This document shows, one piece after another, positions 31,695-42,845 of a stretch of DNA of 64,000 nucleotides. Both the position numbers and the translations under genes were made by a program. Where the stretch lies: NCBI GenBank assembly GCA_963810935.1, contig CAWEPK010000011.1, forward strand, positions 32,001 to 96,000, read 5' to 3'. Every line of letters begins with the position of its first letter. The first letter of the stretch is position 1. This DNA is from an uncultured delta proteobacterium (GTDB lineage: Bacteria; Desulfobacterota; Syntrophorhabdia; Syntrophorhabdales; WCHB1-27). Under the pieces are notes generated by a model. The model was not told the origin of the DNA, ran no database searches, and worked only from the letters and a program-made list of their open reading frames with translations.

Positions 31695-31761
31695 GGCTTG
31701 CTGCGAAAAAAGTCCTTCCTGACCGCGCGCCTTGCTGGTAAAATACGGTAAGGAGGACCAA

Positions 31762-32922
31762 ATGCTCTACAGAAACCTTAAAGAGATGCGCGTTTCCATC
31801 CTCGGGTTCGGCGCAATGCGCCTTCCCCTTATAGGAGGGACGGAAAACCCGACCGATTCCTTCGACCCGCAGCGCACAATCGACGAGGAAGAGACGGCCT
31901 GCATGGTCGAATACGCCATCGCCCACGGCGTCAATTATTTCGACACGGCGTACGTCTACCACGGCGGGAAAAGCGAGGTGGTCATGGGGAAGCTCCTGAA
32001 ACCCCACCGCGACCGCGTCACTATAGTAAGCAAGCTGCCCGTATTCATGGCCGCCGAGAGCGGCGATTTCGACAAATTCCTTGACGAGCAGCTTGAACGA
32101 CTCCAGACATCGTACCTGGACGTCTACCTCCTCCACGGGTTGAACGCACATACCTGGGAGAACTCGAAACGCTTACGCGTGCTTCAATTCCTCGAGCGTG
32201 CCATATCGGACGGCAGGGTCCGCCACGCCGGCTTCTCCTTCCACGACACCCTTACCGTGTTCAAGGATATAGTCGATGCCTGGGACTGGACGATGTGCCT
32301 GATGCAGTATAACTACCTGGACGAGCAGTACCAGGGCGGGACCGAGGGCCTGAAGTATGCCGCGTCCAGGGGCCTGGGCGTGGCGGTCATGGAGCCGCTG
32401 CGCGGAGGGAAACTCGCGCGGGTGCCGGAAGAAGTGCAGGCTATCTTCGACTCATCGCCCGTGAAAAGGCCCCCCGCAGAATGGGCGTTGCGCTGGGTTT
32501 GGGACCATCCAGAGATTGGGGTCGTCCTATCCGGCATGAGCACTTTCGACCAGGTTCGGGCTAATGTCGCCTTTGCGGAGCAAGGCACGGCAGCCTCGCT
32601 GTCGCCTTCGGAGCTTGCCGTAATCGGGCAGGCACGCAAGGCGTTTCGGGGCCTGCTCCACATCGACTGCACGGGCTGCGCCTACTGCATGCCGTGTCCG
32701 ACAGGCGTCAATATCCCTATGAATTTCTCATTCTACAATGATGTCATGACATTCAGGGACCCGACAGGCGTGATGGTCTACAACACCTTCATGACGCCCG
32801 AGCAGAGGGCGTCTGCCTGCGCGGACTGCGGCGAGTGCGAGGAAAAATGCCCCCAGCACATACCTATACGCGACGAGCTGAAAAAAGTCCACGAGACGCT
32901 TTACAGGGAGCCGCCCCCTTAA
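31762..32922 (+). CDS. Aldo/keto reductase with C-terminal Fe-S binding domain
   Basis: LGFGAMRLP, NYFDTAYVYH, MEPLRGG, CTGCAYCMPCP, CADCGECEEKCPQ. Confidence 0.92.
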   Translation: MLYRNLKEMRVSILGFGAMRLPLIGGTENPTDSFDPQRTIDEEETACMVEYAIAHGVNYFDTAYVYHGGKSEVVMGKLLKPHRDRVTIVSKLPVFMAAESGDFDKFLDEQLERLQTSYLDVYLLHGLNAHTWENSKRLRVLQFLERAISDGRVRHAGFSFHDTLTVFKDIVDAWDWTMCLMQYNYLDEQYQGGTEGLKYAASRGLGVAVMEPLRGGKLARVPEEVQAIFDSSPVKRPPAEWALRWVWDHPEIGVVLSGMSTFDQVRANVAFAEQGTAASLSPSELAVIGQARKAFRGLLHIDCTGCAYCMPCPTGVNIPMNFSFYNDVMTFRDPTGVMVYNTFMTPEQRASACADCGECEEKCPQHIPIRDELKKVHETLYREPPP

Positions 32923-32950
32923 AGCGCATTGAACATAGACCGGTGGACCT

Positions 32951-33394
32951 TCAGCGGTCGGCGCTTTCCAGAAGCTCGCGCAGCAATGCCAGCCGCTCCA
33001 CCCTCTGTTTCACTATGCGCTCCATGACCCTCGGTACGTCCGCCATGAGTCCCTTGGCTTGTCTGGCAGCGTCCGCGTAGAACTTTGCGATCCCCTCCTC
33101 CAGTTTCAGGCTTTCCGCAAGGTCCGTCGCGTAGTCGCCCGTAAGCGCGGGATCGGGGAGCGCATATTCGTCCGGGTCGATGTCGAAGGCGAAGCAGCCT
33201 TCGAGGGCGTCCGTGATTATGCTGAAATACGTCCTCTGTACGTTACCGATGTTCTTCGTGTTCTCTTTCGCGATGCCCGCAAAAAACGCCTCCTGCCCGG
33301 CGTATTTGCCTGCCAGGGACTGGTAGAAGGAGGCGGATCGCGTCTCCAGCTCACGCAAAAAACTGATCGTTTCTGAAGCGGTCTGAAGTCTCAT
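32951..33394 (-). CDS. Ferritin/rubrerythrin-like four-helix protein
   Basis: Repeated LE....FY helices (LETRSASFY; LEEGIAKFY); 13 bp downstream of mmsA. Confidence 0.6.
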   Translation of the reverse strand: MRLQTASETISFLRELETRSASFYQSLAGKYAGQEAFFAGIAKENTKNIGNVQRTYFSIITDALEGCFAFDIDPDEYALPDPALTGDYATDLAESLKLEEGIAKFYADAARQAKGLMADVPRVMERIVKQRVERLALLRELLESADR

Positions 33395-33407
33395 GCACCC
33401 TCCGCCC

Positions 33408-34899
33408 TCACAGCCATCTCTGGATGACTACCTTGCTCTCAGTGAAGAACCTGACCGCTTCCTGGCCCTGCGTGTGGAGGACGCCGAAGAAAGAGTCCTT
33501 CATCCCGCTGAAAGGGAACAGGGCGACAGGGGCCGTAATGCCGATGTTTATGCCCACGTTGCCGGTCGCGATGTTGTACTGGAATTCCCTGCCGCTGCCG
33601 CCGTTCGATGTAAAGATGGCGTTGCCGTTGCCGAAGGGGTTGTCGTTGCAGACCTCGATCGCCTCATGGAGGGTCTTCACCCTCATCGCGCTCATGACGG
33701 GCCCGAAGATCTCTTCCCGGCCTATCGTGCATTTGGGGTCGACATCTTCAAAAACCGTCGGCCCGAGGAAGCAATCTTCAGGATATCCGCCCAGGATGTT
33801 CGGCTTCCTGCCGTCGAGACGGAGCTTTGAGCCCTCTTTTATGCCTGTCTCGATATACGACAATACCCGCAGCTTCTTTTCCTTGTCGCGCAGCGGGCCC
33901 ATCTGGACCGATTCGTCGAGGCCGTAGCCTATCCTGATGTTTGCCGCCGCTTCCACGGCCTTATCCATGAAATTCTTGTAGAAGTTGTCGTCATCCCCTA
34001 CGACGACGAGGTTCGCCCCGGCCAGGCAGCGCTGCCCCGTGTTGCCGAAAAAGGACGTCATCAATGCGGCTATGGTCTTCTGCACATTGCAATCGGGCAT
34101 AACGACCATGAAGTTCTTCGCCCCGCATTGAGCGATGACCCGTTTGCCCGTCTCGCCGCATTTCCTGTATATGACGTCTCGCCCCGTCGGGGTGGAGCCG
34201 ACAAAGGTGACACCGACGATGTCGCGGTGCTCGAGCATCGTGTTTACGACGGTCCTGCCGCCATTCACGACGTTCCAGACGCCCGGCGGAAAACCTGCCT
34301 CGTCGGCAAGCTCCGTAAGCCTCATCTGCGAAAGAGGGACCTCGCTCGAAGGCTTAAGGACTACCGTGTTGCCCGTGGCCACTGCGTAGGGCACGGACCA
34401 GAGAGGTATCATGAAGGGAAAATTGTATGGGCCGATGACGCCGAAGACTCCCAGCGGCGTGGGGATCAACCATTCATCGATGCCTGTCGCGATGTCTTCG
34501 GAGTAGTAACCCTGCTGCAGCGTGGGGATGCCGCAGGCGACCTCGACGTTCTCGATACCCCGCCTCGTCTCACCCCTCGACTCATCTATGCATTTGCCGT
34601 GCTCCTGGGTCTGGATCCTTGACAGACTCTTCGAAGTTTTCCTCAAGCAATTCTTTCAGACGAAAAAGGATCCTTGCGCGCGACAGGGGAGGTGTCCTTC
34701 TCCATTCCGGGAAGGCTTCCTTCGCGGCCGCTATGGCTTCATCGATCTCCTTTTCCGTGGAAACGCCTACTTTTGCAATGACCTCACCCTTCGCCGGGTT
34801 TACTACATCGACCGTGCCGCCCTTCGATTCGACCCACTCGCCTGCGATGAAGTTCTTTACCAGCGGGACCCCTTTTATGGGCTCGTCCAATACAGCCAT
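33408..34899 (-). CDS. mmsA: CoA-acylating methylmalonate/malonate-semialdehyde dehydrogenase; frameshift ~34627
   Basis: PYNFPFMIP, FVGSTP, GAKNF, GNTGQRCLA, EEIFGPV, FPFSG.K.SFFG; removing one base gives FEELSRIQTQEHGK. Confidence 0.88.
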
Positions 34900-35128
34900 C
34901 TCGTGACTCCTTTTTTCATGGTTTTGTGCCCGGCCGGCGCCCGGCCGGGCACGTTTCGTTTGGCGCCGCTTTCGTAAGCGGTACTTTCGCCACGGCTTCT
35001 ATATATTATAATGATTCAATAGTTTGCAATATATTGTCAAGAAAAAAAAGGCTTTAATTACGGGTAAACCCGCCCATCCGGTTGAGCGGCTTGCCGCCGG
35101 GTGGAAGTTTCGGCCGGTAATACGAGAA

Positions 35129-35152
35129 GCAGCCGCCCGGGTGGGCGGCTGC
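35129..35152 (-). terminator. Probable intrinsic terminator downstream of the aminotransferase
   Basis: 10-bp stem GCAGCCGCCC/GGGCGGCTGC; only a short U-tract (TTCTC) on the - strand. Confidence 0.45.
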
Positions 35153-35186
35153 GGTTGTTTGCTGCGATACTATCCTGATTTTAAGG

Positions 35187-36293
35187 CTAGAGGATTTTCC
35201 CGAGCGCTTCGAGAAGCTTTTCGACATTCTCGACCCTTGCCGAATGGCCCAGGAGGCCGACGCGCCAACTGCGTCCCGCCAGGGGCCCGAGGCTGCCGCT
35301 GATCTCGATCTTGAACTCGTTCCTCAGACGCTTGCGGACAGCCAGCTCATCAACGCCGTCGGGCACGCAGACGACATTGAGCGTCGGCAGGCGATAAGGT
35401 TTTTCAACGAGCATTTTCAGGCCCAGCTTCTCCAGCCCGTCGACCAGCGCCTTATGCGACTGCATATGCCTTTCGTGCACCTTCTCCGGTCCCTCGTCGA
35501 AGAACATATGGAGCGACTGGTAAAGGCCGTAGATCATATTAATCGGGGCTGTGTGGTGGTAGACCCTGTTGCGGCCCCAGTAGTCAGAGATCAGCCCCAG
35601 GTCGAGGTACCAGTTAGGCACCTTCGTCTTCCTGCTCTTCAGTTTCTGCATTGCCTTCGGAGAGAACGCGAGGGGTGAAAGACCGGGCGGGCAGGAGACG
35701 CATTTCTGGGTGCAACTGTAAATGGCGTCGCAGTTCCAGTCGTCCATGGAGACTTTGATGCCCCCCAGCGTCGTAACTGTATCGACGATATAGAGCGTAT
35801 CGCTTCCTTTGAGCATCGCGCCGATCTCGGCGACCTGGTTCTGCACGCCCGTTGCAGTCTCGCCGTGGACAACGGCGACAACGCTGTAATGCTCGCTGCT
35901 GAGCTTTTTCTGCACTTCGTCGAGGAGGATGGGCGTCCCCCAGGCGAATTCGAGCTTATCGACGCTGCCGCCGAGCCTGCCGGCCACTTCGGCCATGCGC
36001 ACGCCGAAGAGTCCGTTGATTATTACCAAGACCTTGTCTCCCGGCTCTACCAGGTTCGCGAACGACGCCTCCATGCCTGCGGAGCCCGTCCCGGATACTG
36101 CGATGGCAAACTCGTTCTCCGTATTCATGATACGGCGGATCAGGGTTTTAAGCTCGTCCGCTATGGCGAGAAAGTAAGGGTCGAGATGGCCCAGCGTCCT
36201 TTTTGAAAGTGCCGCGTAGACCTCAGGCGGAACGCACGAGGGACCTGCCCCCATAAGCAATACATTCTCAATATTGTCCAACAGATTTCCCAT
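35187..36293 (-). CDS. Class V aminotransferase (alanine-glyoxylate/serine-pyruvate family)
   Basis: LLMGAGPS, SGTGSAGMEA, VHGETATGV, SCTQKC...PPG (PLP Lys), YHHTAP. Confidence 0.93.
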   Translation of the reverse strand: MGNLLDNIENVLLMGAGPSCVPPEVYAALSKRTLGHLDPYFLAIADELKTLIRRIMNTENEFAIAVSGTGSAGMEASFANLVEPGDKVLVIINGLFGVRMAEVAGRLGGSVDKLEFAWGTPILLDEVQKKLSSEHYSVVAVVHGETATGVQNQVAEIGAMLKGSDTLYIVDTVTTLGGIKVSMDDWNCDAIYSCTQKCVSCPPGLSPLAFSPKAMQKLKSRKTKVPNWYLDLGLISDYWGRNRVYHHTAPINMIYGLYQSLHMFFDEGPEKVHERHMQSHKALVDGLEKLGLKMLVEKPYRLPTLNVVCVPDGVDELAVRKRLRNEFKIEISGSLGPLAGRSWRVGLLGHSARVENVEKLLEALGKIL

Positions 36294-36513
36294 GCGCCCT
36301 TTCTCCTCCTTTAGTTGTATGCAGGTGGGTGAGGCAATACTATCCCACGGATGAAAAGAATATTCAAGGTATTATCGCAGCTTTACTCCGAGTCAGCCCT
36401 TTCGAAAACTGCGCGACGCCTGCCTTGCCTGCCCCCGACTTGTCATAAATTAATACCACATTAACGGCGGAAAAGACATTCGTAAAAACACCGGCGGCAG
36501 GCGGCCGCCCGGC

Positions 36514-36756
36514 TTGAAATTCGGGCGCCCTGTACTAGCCGTAGACCCCGAAGGCAAGGCAATAGTCATAACTGTGGGGAAAGGGGAGAGCGCGCTCGAC
36601 GTAGGGACAATCGTGGATTCAAACACGAAGCTGATAGTCGACGGCAAGAGCGCGCCGATCGGGGACCTCACCAAGGAGGTGAAGCCCGGCGATACGGTCG
36701 TGCTCAATTATGTAATGACCGGCGATCTTTATGCGAAGAAGATCATCAAGAAATAA
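36514..36756 (+). CDS. Small beta-barrel (OB-like) hypothetical protein; start uncertain, possibly truncated
   Basis: Coding-like sequence (VDSNTKLIVDGK..DL..VKPGDTV.L.Y); TTG start without RBS; followed by a terminator. Confidence 0.45.
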   Translation: MKFGRPVLAVDPEGKAIVITVGKGESALDVGTIVDSNTKLIVDGKSAPIGDLTKEVKPGDTVVLNYVMTGDLYAKKIIKK

Positions 36757-36776
36757 TAGCGGCGTAAATCTGCCTG

Positions 36777-36826
36777 ACCAGCCCGGCCGGCCCGAGGAGG
36801 GGATGCGGCCGGGCTGGTACTTTTTC
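36777..36826 (+). terminator. Intrinsic terminator
   Basis: 13-bp stem ACCAGCCCGGCCG/CGGCCGGGCTGGT followed by ACTTTTTC. Confidence 0.6.
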
Positions 36827-36996
36827 GGGGGCCGCATCAATCCCACCGTCGAGTGAAGGTAATTCATTTTGCTGCTTCCACTTATAGATAAACGCGCGAC
36901 CTTGCTGAAGTGTATCGATTCTGTCATTGTTATTGCTTAATAATACTATTTTGTAGGAATCGCGGAAATTAGACCCTTACGGCCGCAAATATTCAC

Positions 36997-37037
36997 TTGA
37001 CATAACCCATCGTAAGGGAGTAAATGAATATAATTCA
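36997..37037 (+). promoter_or_regulatory. sigma70 promoter overlapped by a TGAAT-N3-ATTCA operator
   Basis: TTGACA 36997-37002, 17 bp, GTAAAT; palindrome TGAATATAATTCA 37025-37037. Confidence 0.6.
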
Positions 37038-37174
37038 GGCAACAAGACCGGCACATGCCCGCCGGTTTTGTGGACTTAGCCGCAACTATACGGTCCTTTC
37101 CTGACGTGGGTCGTGCTGGGGGGCAACGACCCGTTCTCAGTAACTAATCACGGGTGATACAAATAAGGGGAGGC

Positions 37175-38808
37175 ATGATGCGCAAGCTCGGCGCTATAAC
37201 CACCTACAAAGACGTGGAGTCCCTGTCGATCGGCCAGGCCCTGGAAAGGAGCCGGTACATTGCGCCGCGGAAGACGTGCGTCTTCTTCAAGGAAGAGGGG
37301 CTTACATATAAGCAACTGGACGATCAATCGACCGCGCTGGCCGCCGGGCCTCCAGGAGATGGGCATAAAGAAAGGCGACCGGGTGGGCATATATATGTTC
37401 AACCGCCCGGAGCTGTACATAGCATTTTACGCGCTTCAAAAGCTGGGGGCCGTTGTCGCATGGATAAACGCAGGTTACAGGTCCCATGAGGTGACGTTTA
37501 TTCTCGAGAACTCTCAGGCCGTTGCCGTCCTTGCCGAGAAACGGGAAGAGGGCTTTGACAACCTGGACCTCGTCCGCGAGCTGCGTCATAACCTGCCCCG
37601 CCTCGCACACGTTGTCTCCGTAGGGGGTGGAGAGGGATATGACGTCGTCTCCTTCGAAGAGCTCATTGCCAGAGGGAAGAAAGGGAGATTCGTCAGGACC
37701 GCCATCAACGTGCGCCGCGACCTCTCCATGCTGATCTATACATCGGGGACAACCGGGGTGCCGAAAGGCTCGATGATAACCCATTTCCAGGCCGTGCGGG
37801 GAGGATACTCTCACGTGCGCGGTATGGCCGCAACAGCCGACGACGTGTTTATGGGCATACTTCCCCTGGGCCACTCCTACGGGTGCGGGACGACCCTCAT
37901 ACAGCCGGTCCTCATCCAGGCCTCCGTCATCCTCCTGGAGACGTTCAACGCGGATTTGGCGCTGAAGACCATCGACGCCCGGAAGCCTACGCTTCAGCAC
38001 GGTTCTCCCTCTCACTACCTCATGGAGATGAACCATCCGAGCGCGGACAGGTACGACCTTTCTTCCCTTCGGGCCGGCTACCTCGCGGGGCAGATATGCC
38101 CGGAAGAAATCATCCAATGGGGAGAAGACAGGAATATATACCTCTCGTCTTCATGGGGGAATTCGGAGGTCGGCCCAGGGGCGGGGACGATCTGCCCCTT
38201 CGGCACGCCCCTCGCGATACGCAAAAAAAGCGTGGGCAGGCCTGTCCCCGGGATGCGGATAAAGGTGGTTGACCCGGCGACGGGCGGGCATCTCGATGCG
38301 GGCGGAATCGGCGAATTGATGGTGAAGGGACCGAACGTTTTGAAGGGCTACTGGCAAAATCCGCAGGAAACCGGCAAGCAATTGGAAAAAGACGGCTGGC
38401 TCCATACCGGGGACCTGGTGTCGGTCGATAAGAAGGGTTTCGTCACGATTTACGGCAGGAGCAAGGATCTGATAAACAGGGGCGGGCTGAAGATCTACCC
38501 GTCCGAGGCTGGAGGCTTTGATCCTGCAGCACCCGGACGTTGCCCAGGCGTGTATCGTCGGCACGCCGAACCCGATCCTGGGTGAGAGCATCTGCGCGTG
38601 CGTAGTGCCGAAGGTCGATGCGGCCGTTTCCCTGAAGGGGATTCGTACGTTCCTTAAAGACAGGGTGGCGAACAACAAACTGCCGGATGAGCTTTGCGTG
38701 ATGCCCGATTTTCCCAGGATGCCGGGCGGCGTGAAGGTAAAGAAATTCGGCTCAGGAGGAGTACAGGAGCAGGCGTTGAATGATGGAAACCGGGAAAAGA
38801 TCAGATAG
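37175..38808 (+). CDS. Acyl/aroyl-CoA ligase; frameshifts ~37347 and ~38507
   Basis: YTSGTTGVPKG, WGNSE, GWLHTGD, RSKDLINRGGLKIYPSELEALILQHP after correction, KLPD. Confidence 0.85.
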
Positions 38809-38879
38809 GCCTGGTTAAGAGTGGATTCGAGTCGTGCTTGACGCTTGGTGTGGTTCTATGACGCTAAAGGGGGGCAATT

Positions 38880-39944
38880 ATGGTACGAAAGGTAATGGTG
38901 TTTGTGTGTGCTGTTTTTCTAGTTGTCTCGGTCTGCTCCGTATGCGGCGCGGCAGAGACGATCAAGCTTAAGTTCGCGAACTATTTCCCGCCGGTCCACA
39001 AGAACTCGACCCTTTTTGCCGAGTTCTGCCAGGAGATAAACAAGAAATCCGGCGGCAAGGTCGAAATCTCCTATTATCCCGGAGGCACACTGCTGACCGC
39101 CCCGAAGATGGCGGCCGGTGTGCTCACGGGCATCGCAGACATCGGCCTGTCCCATTTCGCTTATACGAGGGGGCGCTTCCCCGTGATGGAAGCGATGGAG
39201 CTTCCGGTGGGGTTCCCCAGTGCATGGGTCGGAGCGGGGGTGGCAAACGACTTCTTCGACAAGTTCAAGCCGAAGGAGTGGGACCAGTTTCATCCTCTCG
39301 CTTTCTGCGCCTCGACGCCGGCCGTCTTCGGCACCATCTCCAAGCCCATCCGGAAGATCGAGGACCTGAAAGGGTTGAAGATCAGGGGGACCGGGCGGAT
39401 CGGCGATGTTGTGAAGGCCCTCGGCGGGACACCGATGCCTGTCGAGATCGTCGACACCTATGAGGCGCTCAGAAGAAACGTTGTTGACGGCAACCTGGGG
39501 TCGGCCGAGCAGCTCCAGGGCTTTAAGATAGGCGAGATACTCAGGTACGTGACCGCGTCGTGGAAGGCCGGGGTCTGCTTCGGGTTCTACACGGCGATGA
39601 ACAAGCGCAAATGGGACTCACTGCCTCCCGATATGCAGAAGCTCTTCACTGAGGTCGCGAATGAGTATAAGGACAAGTGGGGCATAGCCTTTAACAGCAT
39701 CGATATCGGCGGAATAGATTTTCTGAAGAAGAACGGCGGGCAGGTCATTACACTTAGTGCTGCCGAGACGGAGAGGTGGGTAAAGGCAGTACAGCCGTTG
39801 ATTGCGGAGTTCAAGAAGGAGATGGTGGCAAAGGGTCATAAGGAACAGGACGTGGATGCATGGTTCAGTTTCATCAGGGAGCGGACGGAGTACTGGAAGG
39901 CGCAGGAGAAGGCGAGGAAGATACCGAGCATCTACGAGTATTAG
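38880..39944 (+). CDS. TRAP transporter substrate-binding protein (DctP family)
   Basis: Signal peptide, LKFANYFP, GRFPVME..ELP, DLKGLKIR, YEALRRNVVDG, MNKRKWDSLPPD. Confidence 0.9.
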   Translation: MVRKVMVFVCAVFLVVSVCSVCGAAETIKLKFANYFPPVHKNSTLFAEFCQEINKKSGGKVEISYYPGGTLLTAPKMAAGVLTGIADIGLSHFAYTRGRFPVMEAMELPVGFPSAWVGAGVANDFFDKFKPKEWDQFHPLAFCASTPAVFGTISKPIRKIEDLKGLKIRGTGRIGDVVKALGGTPMPVEIVDTYEALRRNVVDGNLGSAEQLQGFKIGEILRYVTASWKAGVCFGFYTAMNKRKWDSLPPDMQKLFTEVANEYKDKWGIAFNSIDIGGIDFLKKNGGQVITLSAAETERWVKAVQPLIAEFKKEMVAKGHKEQDVDAWFSFIRERTEYWKAQEKARKIPSIYEY

Positions 39945-39953
39945 AGAGTCAGT

Positions 39954-42347
39954 TTAAAGAAAGCAAAGGATATGTTCGCCCGAGCATATCCTTTGCTTGT
40001 AATCCTTTTTCCCTTCTTCCATCCGTTCGAGGGCGTCGAGTATCCTTTGCGGATAAAACGGCGTCCTGTCGAGGCGCACGCCGGTTGCATTGTAGAGAGC
40101 GTTTGCGACTGCGGCGACAGTACCCGCCACGTAGCCTTCCCCCACTTCCTTCGTGTCGTAATGGCGGCCTTTCTTATACTCTTCCGTGATCACGTCAACG
40201 TAATCGGTCTTCACCATGTCGAGTGCGCACGGGATCCTGTATTCCAGGAATGACGGGTTGATCACTGCGCCTTTGTCGGCGAGCACCTCCTCGTAAAGGG
40301 CGTGCCCCTGCGCCATGGAGACCTGGCCGTCGATCTGGCCTTCCACGAGCATTGGGTTGAACGGGAAGCCGCAGTCGTGGGCGGTCGTCACCTTTACAAC
40401 CTTCATCATGCCCGTTTCCGTATCGACCTCGACTTCGGCCACCTGTGCATAAGAAGAGTAATTCTCGGTCCACCTGCCGCGCGTGGTCGCAAGGCTCGGG
40501 TGGGCAGGCTCGTCCTTCATCGTCCTGAAATGGCCTTCGCCTATGATGGTGTCTCCCTGGTTCCTGGTGATGCTTGCGCCGATCGCGTCCCTGTAAGAAA
40601 GTTTCCTCTCGGGCTGCCGCTTGACGTAGATCTCTTTATTTCTGGCCTCAAGCTCGCTCACGTCCGTATCGAGCTCCTCGGCCGCTGCCGCGAGGAGCTT
40701 CTTCATCGCGTTCTCGGCTGCCTGCTTCGCCGCGTTTCCGGTAACCCAGGTAAGCCCGCTGATCCAGGAGCCGATATCGACAGTCGTCGTCTCCGTGTCC
40801 GCAGCATATACCTGGATGTCCTCCATGGGGACGGACATCTCCTCGGCAACGATCTGGCTGAGCACCGTCTCCGCCCCCTGGCCCATATCGACTGCGCCGG
40901 TGATGAGTGAGACCCCGCCGTCGTCATTCAGCTTCACGATCACCGAAGAGCTGTTCGGGTAGATCAGGGAGCCGCCGAAATAGGCGCACGTCCCTATGCC
41001 CACCCCGCGTTTGATCTTCGAGCCGTCCTTCTGCGCCTTTTGTGCTTTCCTGTGCTTCTCGGAAAAGCCGCTGGACCTGGCTACCTCTTCGAGGCATTGG
41101 GCGAGCCCGAAGTTCTTAAGGGCATCGCCGTTCGGCAGCGTCTCGCCCGGCCGCCTGGCGTTCCGCAGACGCATCTCAAGTGGGTCTATGTGCAGGTCGT
41201 TTGCGATGGCGTCGAACTGCGATTCTACTGCGAAGCGCATCGCCGGCGCGCCGTGGCCGCGCTGCGGGCAGCGGACCAGGTTGTTCGTATAGACGGAGTA
41301 GCCCTCGTATTCCAGGTTCGGTATCCTGTAAGGCGCCATGAGGAAGCCCCATGCGAGGAAGATGACTACTACACCGCTCCCCCGGTACGCCCCTGCGTCG
41401 TTTATCGTGCGCACCTTTTGCGCGAGGATCGTCCCGTCGCGGTCAACGCCTGTCTTCAACTCCACGATGAGCGGCTGGCCGTGGCGCGCTCCCTTGAAGA
41501 CCTCCTCCCGGCTGTAAACGATCCTGACGGGCAGGCGGCATTTCATCGACAAGAGGGAGGCGATATACTCGTGGCCGAAGAGGTCTATCTTTCCGCCGAA
41601 GGCCCCGCCTACGTATGTCCTGTGGACCCGCACGCTCCCGTGGGAGAGGCCGAGGGTGTCCGCCAGCTTCGCGCGTTTCAGGAAAGTCCCCATGCTGGAG
41701 AGCCACACGTTGAGCTTACCGGAATGGTCGAAGGAAGCGACGATTGCCTGGGGTTCCATATATGCGTGCGTCCGCATGTGGGTGACGAACCGGTCTTCGC
41801 GTACCAGGTACGACTCCCTGAACGCCTTTTCCACGTCGCCCCACGACGTCTGGGTCTTCCCGCCGATGTTGCGATAAGGCTCCTTCACTTTTTCATGGGA
41901 CGGGTGTATCTCCGGCGCGTCCGGCAGCATCGCATCTTCCGGGTCGAATACCGCTGGCAGCAGCTCGTAATCGACTTTTATAAGCGAAAGGGCCTCTTCC
42001 GCAGTCGATTCGTCTATAGCCGCTACGCCGGCCACCTCCTCTCCCACGTGGCGCACCCTGTCGACTGCGATGGGGTACTGGTCCGCAGGGTATCGTCCCG
42101 TCTGAACGAAGCCGTGCTTGATCAAAAGGGAATCTTTCGCCGTGACGACCGCCTTCACGCCGGGGAGCCGCTCCGCCCTGCTCGTATCGATATATACTAT
42201 GCGTGCGTGGGGAAAAGGGCTTCTCAGGACCTTCCCGCAAAGCATGCCTGGAAGGGAGACGTCGACCGTATATTCGGCGCTTCCTGTGACCTTCGCGGCG
42301 CCGTCAATTCTCGGGACCGATTTCCCGACGTAGAAGAGCCCGTCCAT
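39954..42347 (-). CDS. XDH-family molybdopterin subunit, 4-hydroxybenzoyl-CoA reductase alpha-like (copy 2)
   Basis: KVTGSAEY, GGAFGGK, QRGHG, DMGQG, AHDCG, KEVGEG; operonic with the HcrB-type gene. Confidence 0.88.
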   Translation of the reverse strand: MDGLFYVGKSVPRIDGAAKVTGSAEYTVDVSLPGMLCGKVLRSPFPHARIVYIDTSRAERLPGVKAVVTAKDSLLIKHGFVQTGRYPADQYPIAVDRVRHVGEEVAGVAAIDESTAEEALSLIKVDYELLPAVFDPEDAMLPDAPEIHPSHEKVKEPYRNIGGKTQTSWGDVEKAFRESYLVREDRFVTHMRTHAYMEPQAIVASFDHSGKLNVWLSSMGTFLKRAKLADTLGLSHGSVRVHRTYVGGAFGGKIDLFGHEYIASLLSMKCRLPVRIVYSREEVFKGARHGQPLIVELKTGVDRDGTILAQKVRTINDAGAYRGSGVVVIFLAWGFLMAPYRIPNLEYEGYSVYTNNLVRCPQRGHGAPAMRFAVESQFDAIANDLHIDPLEMRLRNARRPGETLPNGDALKNFGLAQCLEEVARSSGFSEKHRKAQKAQKDGSKIKRGVGIGTCAYFGGSLIYPNSSSVIVKLNDDGGVSLITGAVDMGQGAETVLSQIVAEEMSVPMEDIQVYAADTETTTVDIGSWISGLTWVTGNAAKQAAENAMKKLLAAAAEELDTDVSELEARNKEIYVKRQPERKLSYRDAIGASITRNQGDTIIGEGHFRTMKDEPAHPSLATTRGRWTENYSSYAQVAEVEVDTETGMMKVVKVTTAHDCGFPFNPMLVEGQIDGQVSMAQGHALYEEVLADKGAVINPSFLEYRIPCALDMVKTDYVDVITEEYKKGRHYDTKEVGEGYVAGTVAAVANALYNATGVRLDRTPFYPQRILDALERMEEGKKDYKQRICSGEHILCFL

Positions 42348-42834
42348 TAATGGCCTCCTTTCGCGCCGTATGCGGCGGAGGCTATCGCTTGCAGTATCTT
42401 GTTGTACCCGGTGCACCGGCAGAAGTTGCCGGAGATCGCGACGAGTATCTCCTCATCGGACGGCTTCGGGTTGGCGTCGAGGAGCGCCTTGGCAGTAAGC
42501 ACCATGCCGGGCGTGCAATACCCGCACTGGACTGCCCCATGGTCGAGAAACGCCTGCTGGATGGGGTGCAGCCCTTCCCCTGAAGAAAGGCCCTCTATGG
42601 TCGTGATCTTCCTGCCCTGCGCCTCGACTGCGAGGATAAGGCAGGAGCGGACGGGCAGACCGTCCATGAGGACCGTGCAGGCCCCGCATACTCCGTCGTC
42701 GCACGCCTGCCTGGCGCCTTTCATCGACAGGTCCTCACGCAGCACTTCGAGGAGCGTCCGGTTGGGATGCGCGGCAATCTCGTAGTCCAGGCTGTTCACC
42801 GCGAGGGAGATGAGGCGCTTCGTTTTTTTTCCAT
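42347..42834 (-). CDS. XDH-family (2Fe-2S) subunit (HcrC-like); indel in the A8 run just after the start
   Basis: CDDGVCGACTV, QCGYCTPG, GNFCRCTGY; ATG 42834 has RBS GAGGAG, and one extra A in 42823-30 restores MEKKTKRLISLAVN. Confidence 0.88.
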
Positions 42835-42845
42835 TGCTCTCCTCT

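Noticed and set aside
34926..34952. Perfect 12-bp GC hairpin upstream of mmsA
   Set aside because: No U-tract on the coding strand and no second copy seen; function cannot be assigned.
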